A stretch of DNA of 63,104 nt, filler included, from Guillardia theta CCMP2712 (GCF_000315625.1; 4 parts of 4 records of this genome joined end to end with filler, not necessarily neighbours in it); one strand, 5' to 3'; shown: positions 1-13,151, numbered from the whole stretch's first letter. Made by a program: numbers and translations. Notes: a model not told the origin generated them from the sequence alone.

Positions 1-1290
1 CGGCGTAGGATCGACCTGTAGAATTGTTTGATGGAGATTGCATCATCACGGGTTGCAGATCCACGTAATTAGTCAAGCCCACTTGTTATATTAGACATCA
101 AGCATTGCATAGATTGTTTCACAAGATTTCTGCGTGCATTTCGCCTACTGCAGTGAGGATGTTTGATTGCATGTAAACACTGATGCCGCCAGAGGCAATC
201 AAGACATCTTAAGCCTTGAACACCGTCGAGAGTCTCCACTTCTGAGATTTGCAGAGTGTGTTGATTTCTTGATGCGTGGGATTAGTTTTGAGCGTTCATC
301 TAGCTGTGATGTCGGACATTTGAACCGTCAACACAGTATGCACACATGTATTATTTGTTCTATTGTGAAATAAAGTGATCTCAGTCTTGCATTCGAGGCC
401 GTGCTAAAGAGCATTTCTGTATTTTCTTTCATTTCACATAAATGCAGAATGCATGCAGGGGTTGAATGATGATGAAAACATCGCTTCCCCTGTAGACCAT
501 TCCGACTCACTGTAAGCTTGGGATCGACATCACAAGTGGTAGTGATCTGATTGCAGAAATCTTTATACATTCATGAGGTATCATTCTTTGCAACAATCTA
601 ATTACAATGACAACCGCAAGTAGCATCAAATACATGCGCAATGGTCAGCACAATAAGCTTCATATTGGTTTCTTCGTTGTGCCTGCATAGCAGAGATACA
701 TCAAAAAGTTGCAAATAAACCTAATTATGCACAATGTATGATTGTAGCTCCAGTAAGCCACATTGATTGCTGTAGGATTCTTATCCTGTGGTTGAAACAG
801 ACTTTCCATGTCGCCGCAGCTACGTGGAGCATGTTGATCCTTGAGCATTTTGAATGCATGCTCAAGCAGAAATAATGTGAAGATGTTGCTTTTGAGGATC
901 TGAACTGCAAATACTTAAATATTTCTAGCATATTTGCAAGATTGGAGTGCATGAAAGCACCTCATTTGCAAACTGATGGCGCAGCATTGTAAACCATACT
1001 TCCTCTCTGAATTCTCGTACATACGGCTCTCATGCTTGAAACAATGAATAAGAGAGCAGAAAAGGTGTATTCATCTTTTGCAATGTATTCTAAAGCCATC
1101 TTCATTCCTAGACAGCTTTCTCTGTCATGCAGTCATGTAAGAGAAGCGGAATTCAAAACTTTCTTTCAAAGTCAGAGACTAAGAAAAGGTCTTAGTCTAT
1201 CTACATGGATACATTAGACGATTAAATTCTCATCCACATTCAAGCAGCAATAGATTCGAAGCCTCTCACCATGATGACTTGTCGTTGCAT
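1..1290 (-). CDS. Hypothetical intron-containing gene running off the left edge
   Basis: Protein-like minus-strand segments (e.g. QILKSNIFTLFLLEHAFKMLKDQHAPRSCGDMESLFQPQDKNPTAINVAYW) separated by GT..AG-like stretches; no recognisable family. Confidence 0.3.
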
Positions 1291-2284
1291 GCGGGTGAAG
1301 GATCAATCAGCCATCTCTTGCTTGCCCAGGGAGGGGGGATTTGGGGAAAGGAGAGTGGAGATAGCACCCTACCCCCTATTTCCCAATTTCAAACTCTTGA
1401 ATCAAAGGGTAGATTTGTATTCTTTGCTAGCTACCCACCCCACCTTTCGTAAAGGTGATGAAGGGGAACCGGGGGTATTGGCGTGGTGAGCTCCAACGGC
1501 AATCGAAATGCCTTCTTTTCCATTAGCACCCCCACGTACCGTGATACAGTGAAATGCACGGGTATGAGAGAATCTTTCGGTCCTCTACCCCTCCAGACAA
1601 AGGAAGTCACTAGGGTGGAGGCTGATTCGAGACGCCTGTCGAAACCACTTTAAAAGACTAGTACAGACTGTACCAGAGGCACTTCATCCGTACATAGATG
1701 TGTACGATTGAAGCGCTGACTAAACAATTAAAATGAAGTGCTTCAAAAAGTAAGGCGGGGGACAGGGTACCACGCCAGTATAATTCAAATCACCCCACCC
1801 TACTTTATCCCTGTCTCACTACCCCCCATTAAGAGAGCAAAACCCGGGGTAGCTGAATGGAAGTGTATATATGAACCCCTTCCCAAGGAGAAAAAAAAGA
1901 CCAATTTTGCTAGAGCCTGCATATGGCCTTGTGAACGGCATGTATCACTGAGAAGTTGTTGGAATGGCTGTTTTCCCACGTTGCTCACACTCACAGCTGG
2001 TGTATTCTTCCGAATCAACATGTTCATTCGCACAAAGATGATGGCACATCAGGCTTGCATCTTGAGCATTGATACAATCGAATTCTTTCATCACTGTGCA
2101 CCTTGCATGGACAGCTTGAAACAAGGTCTGAGGCGGGTCCCTTATTAATGCAGGGCAGAAGAAAAGAGGAGCCGAGCAGTTACGGCACAGTAAATTGTAA
2201 TACGAGGACAGCATTTACATATATTTATGGCCCTCCGCGAAGCGGCGCCTACATGCTTTGGACGGGAAAGATCAGGAGCGACGA

Positions 2285-2372
2285 GAAGCAAGAGGGAGGA
2301 AGCAAGAGGGAGGAAGCAAGAGGGAGCAAGCAAGAGGGAGCAAGCAAGAGGGAGCAAGCAAGAGGGAGCAAG
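2285..2372. repeat. Tandem repeat (GAGGGAGCAAGCAA)n, about 6 copies
   Basis: Directly visible 14-18 bp units. Confidence 0.85.
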
Positions 2373-2731
2373 GGTATGGAGGAGGAGGAGGGAGAAGGAA
2401 AGAAGTTTAGCAATTGGTGCGAGAAATTGATGAGGAGAAAGCAAGTGATGAGTAGACGAGGGAAGTGCTGAACAGAGCAGGATGCCCAATTGTTCAAAGT
2501 TGCCAATGAACGATCAAGATTGTCTTTCGTAGATAACGAGTGCACGTTTGATTTGATTTCATTACCGTTGTGTGACAAGGTATGAACTACAAAGACAGAG
2601 ATAGCCTAGTACGAGAGCAATGAACCCTACTACATGACTCGATACCTGACTGCATGCGATTCAGACAATCAGACAAGTCAAGAAGTCATCTGAAATGGTC
2701 TTTTGATTCCTTCCGACACTGGACCAGGAGC

Positions 2732-4126
2732 ATGAAGTGCCACCAAGGAAAGCTCATGTCAAGCTCCGTGGGTGCTCGTCCCATTGCCTTCGCAGCTCTC
2801 GCCCTCTGCACAGTCCTCGCAGGGACATGGAGAGGATCGTGGCGGCAGACCAACAGACAAGGACCGACCTCTTCTGTGCTCGAGACTCTTGATCATCCTG
2901 AGCCCCTCGAACCTGTCTCAAACTGCGTCTTCGATCCCACTCTTGGGACCACTCACTGTCACAGCGGTCGCCTTTACTTCAATGGCTGCACAACCCCAGG
3001 ATGCACTTCGGTGACGGGCGTGCAGCAGCAGGAGTACTCGCAGGAGTACAGCGGGAAGCAGATGTACACGAGACAGCAGGCGAAGACGCTCGGAGTGGAT
3101 CCGAGTGAGGGACGAGACGGGCAGATCTATGACACGGTTACATTGGGAGAAATGTTCCACCATCCCCAGGCAGCCGAGGAGCGATATGATGATCCTTCCA
3201 GTGCTGTCCTCTACTTCCCGACGCACTTTGACCCAAGAACGGCTCCACCCGAGGAAGTGAAGCGAGCAGGCGGCATAGGCAACCTGGAAGAGAACGTTGC
3301 TGCCTTAGCAGAAGCCCTGTCGTCCAACACGATCAGCTTGCAGCGGCTGCTGGACAAGCAGAGGTACATGAAGCAGGACTGGAAGAGCGTCACAGTCCGA
3401 GCTAAGGGATTGCATGCTGTGCGGGGACCTCGAGGACCTCCGGGGTTGATGGGTCTGCCTGGACCGGTGAAGACACTCGCTGCATCGTCCTCATATGACT
3501 CTTATGCAGGCTGGGGAGAGAGGAGTCCCAGGAACCATGGGCCCTCCCGGCTTCCCAGGTCTCCCGGGCGAGAACGTCGAGGGACCTCCTGGACCTCCTG
3601 GTGCTGAGGATGAAGAAACGGAGGAAGAACCTAAAGAGGAAGAACAAGTTGATAGCGAAGAGACTGAGGGGACGGAAGCAAAGGGACCCGCTAGGATCCA
3701 GCTACATCGACAGTATGTCATGGGGAAAGAGCATGTGCATGCGATTCAGGTATGTCCTTTTTGTTGTGACTCATTGGATGACGCTGGGCTAGTCGCAAGC
3801 AAAGCGCAGTGTTGAGTCTACAGCACAAAAACTTCGTGATCTACAGGATGACATCGACAGGATCTCAGCAAGAAACTCTGTGAGTCGCAATATCATCAAC
3901 TGGTCAACTTGTGACTGATGCCATTGGTCAGGTCCTCAACCATTTCACAAAGCACATTCTCAAGACCATCAAACCAGCTGTACGCGCACCTCATCCTCCT
4001 CCTTCGCCCCATGAGGACTCGACCACGGACTCTCCATTGGCCAGGGGCGTCCAGTACATCCTGCAGTACATTCCGTTCGGACAACCCGTGCCTCATGGCG
4101 CCATTCCTGCGAGTGCTGTGCACTGA
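2732..4126 (+). CDS. N-terminally anchored or secreted collagen-like (Gly-X-Y) protein with coiled coils, about 4 exons
   Basis: Hydrophobic segment ARPIAFAALALCTVLAG; GPRGPPGLMGLPGP spliced (intron ~3467-3509) to AGERGVPGTMGPPGFPGLPG..GPPGPPG; further introns ~3750-3792 and ~3880-3931; stop at 4124-4126. Confidence 0.75.
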
Positions 4127-4229
4127 ACCTCTCGTTTGTCTCTCTGTTTCACTTTTTAAAAAATCTCATTATTTGATGAATTAGCCGTGATCCTCTCACA
4201 CAGATTAAGAAAGCACATATTGATCTGAT

Positions 4230-4797
4230 CAGTTCACGGCATTGTGGAACATTCCTCCCCAATCTCATCAAGTTTGCAACACACACCGTGGAACCTCCCT
4301 AACTAGAATAGGAATAGAGTCGAACAATTCGGATCAGGGTTTAATTGCGACAAATTTACCTACATGAACGACTGTAGGGGTTGTTGTCACAGGGAAGGAG
4401 AAAATTGAGGTGGAAATAGAGCTAGATGACTGAAAACTTAGATCTTGCACATGATTTCGTTCCAGGCACACGATGGTGATTTTGCCCACTTGCCCTGGCA
4501 AAGTCATTATCAATGTGGCCAAGCAAATGCACAACTGCTAAAGTTTGAAATATTCGACTCCACTGCTATTTTCTAACTTCCCTATTCTGTCTTGTACACA
4601 GCTCAGAATCACTTGTTCTGTAAATCGTGCAGTTCTCCTTGCTGTTCCGCCGCTTGACTCCTCTCTATTCCTTCCATTCCCTCTTTCTCACTCCCGCCTT
4701 CCTGCTCCGTTCTCTCACCTGGTATGTTGTCACGTCGCTCTTCGAGTCTTTCTTGATCTCCATGAGAAACTTCTTTGCGCTTGCCGTAAGCGCCATT
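4230..4797 (-). CDS. Possible small spliced hypothetical gene (MALTASAKKFLMEIKKDSKSDVTTYQ...)
   Basis: ATG at 4797 followed by a protein-like exon ending at CAG|GTGAG; next exon QGELHDLQNK; later exons unclear. Confidence 0.3.
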
Positions 4798-5624
4798 TCA
4801 CTTCTCCACAACCACCTCTACCACCCCTACCTTCTTCCACACCCTACCTCCTCTGGTTCTAACCCATTCGGGAATAACAATACGTTTCATATATCAAAGG
4901 GACCTGTGGTAGATGTACCCTCACCCCCCTTTCAGTACCCCTGCGCCTCGCAAGTGACCCTTCAAACAGATGACCTTCGTCTTCATCACCCTCACTCACT
5001 ACTGATACCCTCATCTCCTCTCAGTCCCCATTTGTCGGTATGAGGGGTTTGTGACCAGCACCCCATGACTTGCTAGGGAAACAAGGGGGTAGGGTTATAT
5101 AAACTTGAATTTGGTTGGGGTGGTAGAAGCTGGGAGGGTCATCGATTCCAGGCCCTTGGAGAAATAGGTGGGTACTTCATGGATAATGGGTGGGTAAGGG
5201 TTGTCTGAACGAGATGCTCAACAAGGTAGGGTAGGGGTGGGGGTAGGGGTTGAAGGACAGGTTGGCAGGAGCACGAACATGGCCAGGGGAGGACATGCAA
5301 GAGAGCGGAGGAAAGATGCGAAGATAGGGAGTAAGCGAGAGAGCAAGAATGTGTCATACGCAGTGAAAAAGAATATGAAAGATTTTCTGCTTCAGCATAA
5401 AGACCGAAAGTTTTGCATGATATACACGAACCTGATCTTCTCGTCTGCAGTTTTCTTCGTAGAAATTTTGTAAATCTTTGTGCATTGTTTAGATGAAGGG
5501 GAAGGTGACAGATGTTGATTGAAGATATTATATCAAATTCGTGTAGTGTACCTTGATAGCAAGTTGTGTTCAATCATCTCGCGTCGCATAGAATTTGACG
5601 ATTTGTGCTCTCCCAGATTTCACG

Positions 5625-7342
5625 ATGAAGGTCATCGTGAAAACGATGGCTGGATTGCAGACTGAAATGGAGTTTGAACCCACTAACACTCTCGCCGATT
5701 TGAAGGTCTTGACGAGTTTGAGTATCATTCTGGCTGACCTGTGAATCTCTTCAGACAAAGATCGAGGGTCAGATGTCATCGCTCGGAGGCCCAGTGAACA
5801 AGGTATGGCAGGGAGATCTTTCTTGCATTCGAGGAGATGAAAGTTGTTGTGGTAGATCATCCACATGGGTCGAGTGCTAGAGGATGGAAAGCCAATCAGT
5901 GAGTATGGTGTAGCTGACGGCAATGTACGCTTGGCCTTGCTTGGTTTCTCAGAATTCATTTACATGTCCAGACATTCGTGATCATGGTTAGCAAGAAGAA
6001 ACCTGCACAAGAGCCACAACCCTCCTCTGAACCAGCCCCATCTGCTGCTCCGAAACCCTCGACACCAGCGACTGAGGTGAGCTTCAGGACTTGTTCTGCA
6101 GGATGTCATCGCTGCATACCAGGCCCCCCCTGCTGCCCCTGCGGTTCAGCCCTCACAACCAGCTCCGCCGTCCACTCCTGCGCAATCTGCTCCATCGACT
6201 GCCCCGGCTTCGACTACATCCTATGATGCTTCAGCCTCCGCGTTGCTAACTGGCGAAAGGTTCCTTCTCCAGAGTCCTGAGGAATCACTGACTTTGACCA
6301 GTTTGGAGGCAACTGTGATGCAGATTATGGAGATGGGCTTTGAGAGAGAGCAGGTGTGCAATGATGATGTGGTTACAATCGGCTGAAAGGTGATGAAGGT
6401 TATGAAAGCACTGAGAGCAGCCTTCAACAATCCCGATAGAGCGGTCGAATACCTTATGACGGGCATCCCAGAGGGAGCAGACACTGCTGCTCCTCCCCAG
6501 GGCGGTGGTCAAGGTGGAGGTCAAGGCGCTGGGGGGAGTGGAAGTGGTGGAGGAGTCTCGATCGACCCTGAAGTTCTGTCATCACTACAATCGCAGATGC
6601 AACAGGTGTTTCGAAATTCAGAGTAGCTGGTTCAAACTCCTGACGTTGATCACCAACCTAGCATTCAGAAAGCGGGGGAACTGGTGGACCCTTGGACTTC
6701 CTTAGAAGCGATCCTCAATTTGCTATGTTGCGTGGCATCATTCAAGTGAGCCTTCTTGTTTCATAATCTTCCACCTGACAGGACGTACAGGCAAGACCGC
6801 AATTCCTTCAACCCTTGCTCGAACAGATCGGACAGCAGCACCCTGAGGTATTGCGGGCAATCCAAGAGAATCAGGTGTGGAGCTTTTTCCTCAACTGTGC
6901 GATCACGATTGTTGACTTGCTTTCAAGGATGAGTTTGTGAGGCTGATCAATGAGCCTGTTGATCAGACGCAGTTCAGCCAGGCCATGCAGGCATTGGTAT
7001 TTAACATCGCTCTCGTTTTCTTCTACTTGGCTGACAAATGATGCAGGAAGGCCGAGGCGAAGACGAAGAGGGAGCAGTACAGATCCAGTTAACTCAGGAG
7101 GAGGGTGAGGCACTTGCCCGCCTTGAGGCCTTGGGCTTCAATCGGCAGGTAATACCCAACATGGTTGACAGTGCCGTTGATGATTTGAGATCAGCTTGCT
7201 CTGGAGGCTTATCTGGCATGTGACAAGAACGAGGAAATGGCTGCGAACTATCTGTTTGAGAACGGCATGGATGAAGGAGGTAACCAGATCTGATGACTTC
7301 GCACTTACAACTCACAACTTTGGCATAGGCGATGGACCATGA
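5625..7342 (+). CDS. RAD23: UV excision repair protein / ubiquitin shuttle RAD23 (UbL-UBA1-XPCB/STI1-UBA2), multi-exon
   Basis: [19 protein letters not shown] (UbL); [33 protein letters not shown] (UBA1); [27 protein letters not shown] (XPC-binding); [32 protein letters not shown] (UBA2). Confidence 0.95.
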
Positions 7343-7497
7343 AGCTTTGACTTTGATTGTAGAGTCTGGTACATGCGAATGAATAAAGTGTGGGAGTCTC
7401 GTGCACTATGGTGCAAGACATGACGAGCTGAGACTGAGATTGACTGGTATTAAAAGCAATATCTCAGTTTCAGTTCGCTCACTGTGCGTTTTCTAGC

Positions 7498-8768
7498 TTA
7501 GATCGTGCGGGTCTCTAGTGGTAGGGTTTCCAATGAGATGCTCTGCACGATGGTTGAAAGAAGCCAATCTGCTAACCGCCCGGAGCAGCTTGTAGTAGGA
7601 CAAGGAGAAGACTGCAAGGAGCAGAGAAGAACTCACTCGGCGAGCAGCGTCGACTCGGAGCATCTCCCCGAGGTTCCTCCCGAGCAGGAGGAAGAAGGAG
7701 CGGAGTGACCGACTGAGATGTTTGAACTGCCTGGGGGTCAGCGATGAGGTGACAACTTGCAGCTACCTTGAGGAGAGCGACAACTATCAGAGCGACAGCA
7801 ACGACGGCCGAGGACTTAACAAGATGCGTCAGGACTGCATTGGAAAGAGCGTTCACATTATGTACCTTCTTCATAGTGAGTTGGAAGTTTCGAGGGGTTG
7901 AAGCGACTTCAGCTCTGCTGGAGAGTTTCTCCTCCTCCTTCTCCTCATCCTCGGCCATTTCCCCTTGTGCCTTGTCGAAATCAAGTAGCCTCCTCACGCT
8001 ACCGTGGTGTTCTTCTAGCATGGTGTATCGCCTCTCAGCTTCCGCAAGTCTTCGCCTCAACGAGTCAACTTCTGAGCTCAGCACACAAACGTATCGTGAG
8101 GAGCGAGCAACTTCATCACTCCCTGGCAAGCTCTTTTCAGCATGCGACTGCCTGTCTGACCCCTCTTGACAAGCAATGTGCTTGATCACTGGGATTCTAA
8201 CAGCTGGACTTTCCTGGATCTTCAATCGATTGCTTTGAGCCTCTTCGTACTTCTGCAGGAGCGACTGCGTTCATGGTCAGTTGCTGCTGCATGGCAACAT
8301 GCGGCAAACCTGAAGTCTGATGTCCTCTTCATCGTCTCTTCGCGAATAGAATGTGCTAGCAAGTGACTGGCGTACAGGAGGTCGGTTCTCTTGATCGTCG
8401 CAGGCATATGAGCCACATGATTGCGTTCTCCCATTTTTGACTCGGGAGAAAACTCGATTCAAGGTGTTCTCACTGGGTTGAGAGATCTCGGTGGCTTCAC
8501 AGGCTCGGCTCCTTGCCTGCCTGTTCATGCCAACTCGAGTGGGGGAGTTTGTGATTTGTTCCAGGACTCTACCTGGAGGAAAGTAGTTAATCATACACTG
8601 TGGTGCTTCTTCCATCCTGCTGTGATCTTGGGTCCATACCATGTTCTCACCTCTCATCACCTCGTGCCTTTCCTTCCTGTCTCGTCCCTCCCTCGCTCCC
8701 TCGCTCCCTCGCTCCCTCGCTCCCTCCCCCGCTCCCTCCCCCTCCATGTTCGAATATTTACCGGCCAT
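7498..8768 (-). CDS. Hypothetical coiled-coil protein with a C-terminal transmembrane segment, multi-exon
   Basis: LSSEVDSLRRRLAEAERRYTMLEE coiled coil; SSAVVAVALIVVALLK hydrophobic segment; probable end LETLPLETRTI*. Confidence 0.5.
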
Positions 8769-8929
8769 TTCGTATATATGAGCGTTACGAACCGTTATAT
8801 AGAGAGTATGATTTTAACTTAACTTTGAGTAAAAGGATGGACTGGTCTGACAGCGAGCGTGGTTACAGGGATGCAGTACTGGTTTTTGTCATGGCGAGAG
8901 TAGGCGCAAAGCGAAGTGAAGGATGGAAG

Positions 8930-9100
8930 ACGGAAGAGGGGAAGACGAGGAGGACGAGGAGGACGAGGATGACGAGGAGGACGAGGAGGACGAGGATGAC
9001 GAGGAGGAAGAGGAGGACGAGGGGGAAGAGGAGGACGAGGGGGACGAGGAGGACGAGGGGGACGAGGAGGACGAGGGGGACGAGGAGGACGAGGAAGGAC
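8930..9100. repeat. (GAG/GAC)-rich low-complexity repeat
   Basis: GAGGAGGACGAGGGGGAC-type units. Confidence 0.8.
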
Positions 9101-9844
9101 AAGCGGGAAAGGAGGGGAAGGGGGTTGAGGCAGGGTGGAACGAGGGGGACGGAAGGCTGTGACAAGGAGGGAAACGAGTGTGAGAAGAAATAGACAACAC
9201 ACACAGACGGTGTAGCAGGCAAACATCAACAGAGTAAAAGGAGGGGGGAGGGGNNNNNNNNNNNNNNNNNNNNNNNNNNNNNNNNNNNNNNNNNNNNNNN
9301 NNNNNNNNNNNNNNNNNNNNNNNNNNNNNNNNNNNNNNNNNNNNNNNNNNNNNNNNNNNNNNNNNNNNNNNNNNNNNNNNNNNNNNNNNNNNNNNNNNNN
9401 NNNNNNNNNNNNNNNNNNNNNNNNNNNNNNNNNNNNNNNNNNNNNNNNNNNNNNNNNNNNNNNNNNNNNNNNNNNNNNNNNNNNNNNNNNNNNNNNNNNN
9501 NNNNNNNNNNNNNNNNNNNNNNNNNNNNNNNNNNNNNNNNNNNNNNNNNNNNNNNNNNNNNNNNNNNNNNNNNNNNNNNNNNNNNNNNNNNNNNNNNNNN
9601 NNNNNNNNTCCGAAAGTACAACGAGGACATGGGTCACTTATAGCAGAACCGCAGGCATCTTGCGTTCACGAAATTTAACATCTTTTACCAGCACTTAAAC
9701 CACGTTATGTTCCAAAATGATAAAATTCCTCCCTTGACCATTAGTGTCCCCGAGAATACCAATTGAGAACAGTTGATGATGATGATGATGAGGAGGAGGA
9801 GGAGGAGGAGGGAGGGGGGGGGAAGGAGTGACAGAAATGTTAAG

Positions 9845-11543
9845 ATTTCAACTTCAAGTTTGCCAAGAAGATCGAAGAGAGATTTTCAGGAGTAATTGTT
9901 CTAACTTGAAGACTTCTTTTCCTCACCGTTTATCAGACTGATGTCAACAAAATCATGGCAAATGCCGTCGAGTCGAGGTTTCAGGTTCTACCTGAATTTC
10001 TCTCCCGTCCCTCCCCTGTTCTTGTCTTGCTCCTCCCTCCCTCCTCTTTGCTCTCCGTCTTACTTGATGATCAGCCTCGAGGAATTGAAGAAAATCAGGA
10101 TGGTACTGACGAGATCGATCTTCGCTTCTACGAGGTGGGACAAGCGAGGGGGAGGGAGGAGGGAGGAGGAGGAGCACTGCTGTTGTTGGGAGCACAGAAG
10201 GACGGGATATGGGCCGGGAGGTTTGTTTGTCTCACATTCACTTGGTAGGTTTCACTTGATCGACCGACTGGCATCGAGTTTGCGACAGACTTGAGTCTTA
10301 AGTACGTCTATGTCATGGAGGTACGTCGGCCATTGCACCCTGCTCCTTCTTCCTCTACCAGCCTGCATCCCCCCGCTCCCTTCCCTCCTCTTGTTGATTG
10401 AGATAATTGTTATCTCCATCGTCGCCTCCTTCTGCTCCTCCTCCTCCTCCTCCTCCTCCTCCTTCCCTGACTAGCCCCACCTTACGTCTTCATCAGGTGA
10501 AGGACAACAGCCCTGCCCAGCTTTCTGTGACTCCCGTCCTTGTACGCGCTCCCCCCTCCCCCCCTTCCTCCTCCGACATGACGGCGACTAGGTTGGGGAT
10601 CAACTTGTTGCGGTCAACGATGAGGAATGCATTGGAATGCCATTTGCTCAGGTCCAAGTCCTCCTCTTCCTCTGCCTTCTTCCTTCTCCTCCCCTTCTTC
10701 CTTCTCCTGCTCCTTCACTCCCCTCCCTCCTCTCCCTTCCGTTCCCTCCTTCCCTCCCCTCCCTCCTCTCCTCACGCTCTTTTCTCGTTCCTCTTCTCTT
10801 CTTTCATTCACCTACTTGCAGGTTGCTGACCTTCTCGGCAAGAATCCTTCGGTCCCTCTCAAGTGAGACTCCTTCTTCCTGCCGCTCTACTTCTTCCTTC
10901 CTCTCCCCCTCTACGTCACAGCTGCTGTTCTTCCTTCCTCTCCCCCTCTATGTCACAGCTGCTGTTCTTCCTTCCTCTCCCCCTCTACGTCACAGCTGCT
11001 GTTCTTCTTCTCTGTCATGCCCCTCGTCCTCTTGATCTCTTACTATCTCTGTCTCTCACACCTCACTTCTTCCCCTCCTCTCGTCCTTCCTTCGCCTCCT
11101 CTCGTCCTTCCTTCCCCTTCCCTCTCACTCTTTCTCCTCTCCCCCTGTCCCTCATGTCGTCTGCTCCAGGTTTCGCTTCTTCCGTGGAAGCAAGCAAGAG
11201 CTTCTGACGGCGGTTGGCATCTCATTGAAGGGGGCGAACAGACTGATGAAGAGGCAGGTCGGGAGGGAAGACTACGTGGCCACCACCGCAGAGGTTATCG
11301 TGATCAACCCTGACGGGCAGGAAGTGACGGTGAGACGAGGAGAGGACAAGTGGTGCAGAAGACCAGGGGAGAGGAGGAGGAAGGAGGGGAGGAGAGATGG
11401 TAGGGGCGAGAAAGAGGTGAAGAGGGTGAGGAAGATGGAGAGGAAGAGGAGGAGGGCCAGGAGGTCTGATGCTCGTGAGGGGACAGTATGAGGCAAGGGC
11501 GGGAGCGAACTTGAGAGACTCGCTGATTGAGAATGGCGTACAA
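9845..11543 (+). CDS. PDZ-domain plus 2Fe-2S ferredoxin-like protein, partial (5' start uncertain, 3' end in gap)
   Basis: Spliced exons VSLDRPTGIEFATDLSLKYVYVME/VKDNSPAQ/VGDQLVAVNDEECIGMPFAQ/VADLL form a PDZ fold; followed by VIVINPDGQEVT/YEARAGANLRDSLIENGVQ, the typical start of a 2Fe-2S ferredoxin; the Cys motif is not seen (falls in gap). Confidence 0.65.
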
Positions 11544-11881
11544 GTGAGTCAAGCCGTTGCTGCCTCCGACTCTCCTCCCCCCTTCCCCGGACACACTCCT
11601 CAATCTCCTTCTCCTCCTTGCTCTCTCTCACATTCCCTCCAAATCCTCAATGTCTTCTTCCACATCATCAAAAAACTTCCCAGTCTTCTCCTGCTCGTTT
11701 CCCCCTCCTCCTGCGAAGCTGTTCCATGCTCTACATATCCATCGCCTCCTTCTCCGTGACCAGTCACTTTGAAGACATGCTCTCATCCTACATCTCTCAT
11801 CCTACATCTCTCGTCTACATCTCTCATCCTACATCTCGCATCCTAGATCTCTCATCCTACTTGCTCTCATCATACATCTCT

Positions 11882-11981
11882 NNNNNNNNNNNNNNNNNNN
11901 NNNNNNNNNNNNNNNNNNNNNNNNNTTAATTAATTAANNNNNNNNNNNNNNNNNNNNNNNNNNNNNNNNNNNNNNNNNNNN
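11882..11981. other. Assembly gap with artificial TTAATTAATTAA spacer (also at 22779-22878 and 32671-32770)
   Basis: Identical 12-mer embedded in 100-bp N runs; gives stops in all six frames. Confidence 0.9.
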
Positions 11982-12442
11982 TCAAGCCCGTTGAGCTTCA
12001 CGAGCTTATTTCTGTTGCCATCGTTGTTGTAGAGAACATGGCGGAGAGCGCCGACGGCACTCTGAAAGGAAGGGGTGAGGGGAGGAGAGGAGCGATGTAG
12101 GAGCATGAGCATGAGCACGAGCACGAGCACGAGTACGAGCACGAGCACGAGCACGAGCACATGGTGTAGGGGGATGGTTCGACCTCGAGGACGGCCTCGT
12201 TGCTGGTAGTGTCACAGAGGAGGAGGAGGGCTTGCAGTCCTCCCGTGTCAGCCACTCGGATGCGATTGAGATCATTGTAGTAGGCCAGGTTGCCGAGAGC
12301 GGCAGCAGCGCTCTCAAGCACAGCTGCATTGAGCATGAGGAGAGAGGAGAGAGGAAGAGACGGATAGAGGGGAGAGGAGGAGCAGGAGCAGAAGCATCAC
12401 AGCAAGAGGGGGGGGCAGAGGGAGAAGATGGAGCAGGTGGAC

Positions 12443-12500
<58 letters not shown>

Positions 12501-12969
12501 TCCCATGGGCATGAGGAGGAGCAACCTTCGTTCTTCGAGTGTACGCAGAGCCAGACAAGAGGTTCGATGCCAGTGAGTTGAGCTATTCTCTTCCTGTTTG
12601 CCTGCGGCAAACTTACCACCCTGTCGCTCCTGATTCTTCACTTTTGTCTTGCTCCCCCCCCCAACTCTCCCCCCTTCCTCCCCCAAAAAACCTCTCCTCC
12701 TCCTCTTCGACGTCCTCTCCATCCTTCCTCCCCTCCTCCTCCTCCCCCTCGTCCCCCTCCTTCTTGTCCTCCTCCTTCTCCTCCTCCTCTCCCTACCTCG
12801 TTGTACGCAAGGTTTGCTATCGCCGCTGCTGAGCTCTCCAGCACCGCGTCGTTGACGGAGCTCGCGCACAAGCGGATTAAAGGCTCTAAGCCTCCGACCT
12901 GCGAGCGAGGGGAGGAAGAGAAGGTTAGGGCGGAAGAAGGGGGGGGGGACAGGCGGGAAGGCAAGAAGG

Positions 12970-13008
<39 letters not shown>

Positions 13009-13083
13009 CAGCAGCACGATGACCATGACTAAGATCAGGACTAAGACTAAGACCATGACGAGGACAGACTAGGACGAGGGACT

Positions 13084-13151
<68 letters not shown>

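Noticed and set aside
8600-9630. Long poly-E/D, poly-R and poly-X ORFs here and in other SSR or gap regions
   Set aside because: Products of simple repeats and N runs, not credible proteins
11926-11937. TTAATTAATTAA palindrome recurring three times
   Set aside because: Always embedded in 100-bp N runs; an artificial scaffolding spacer
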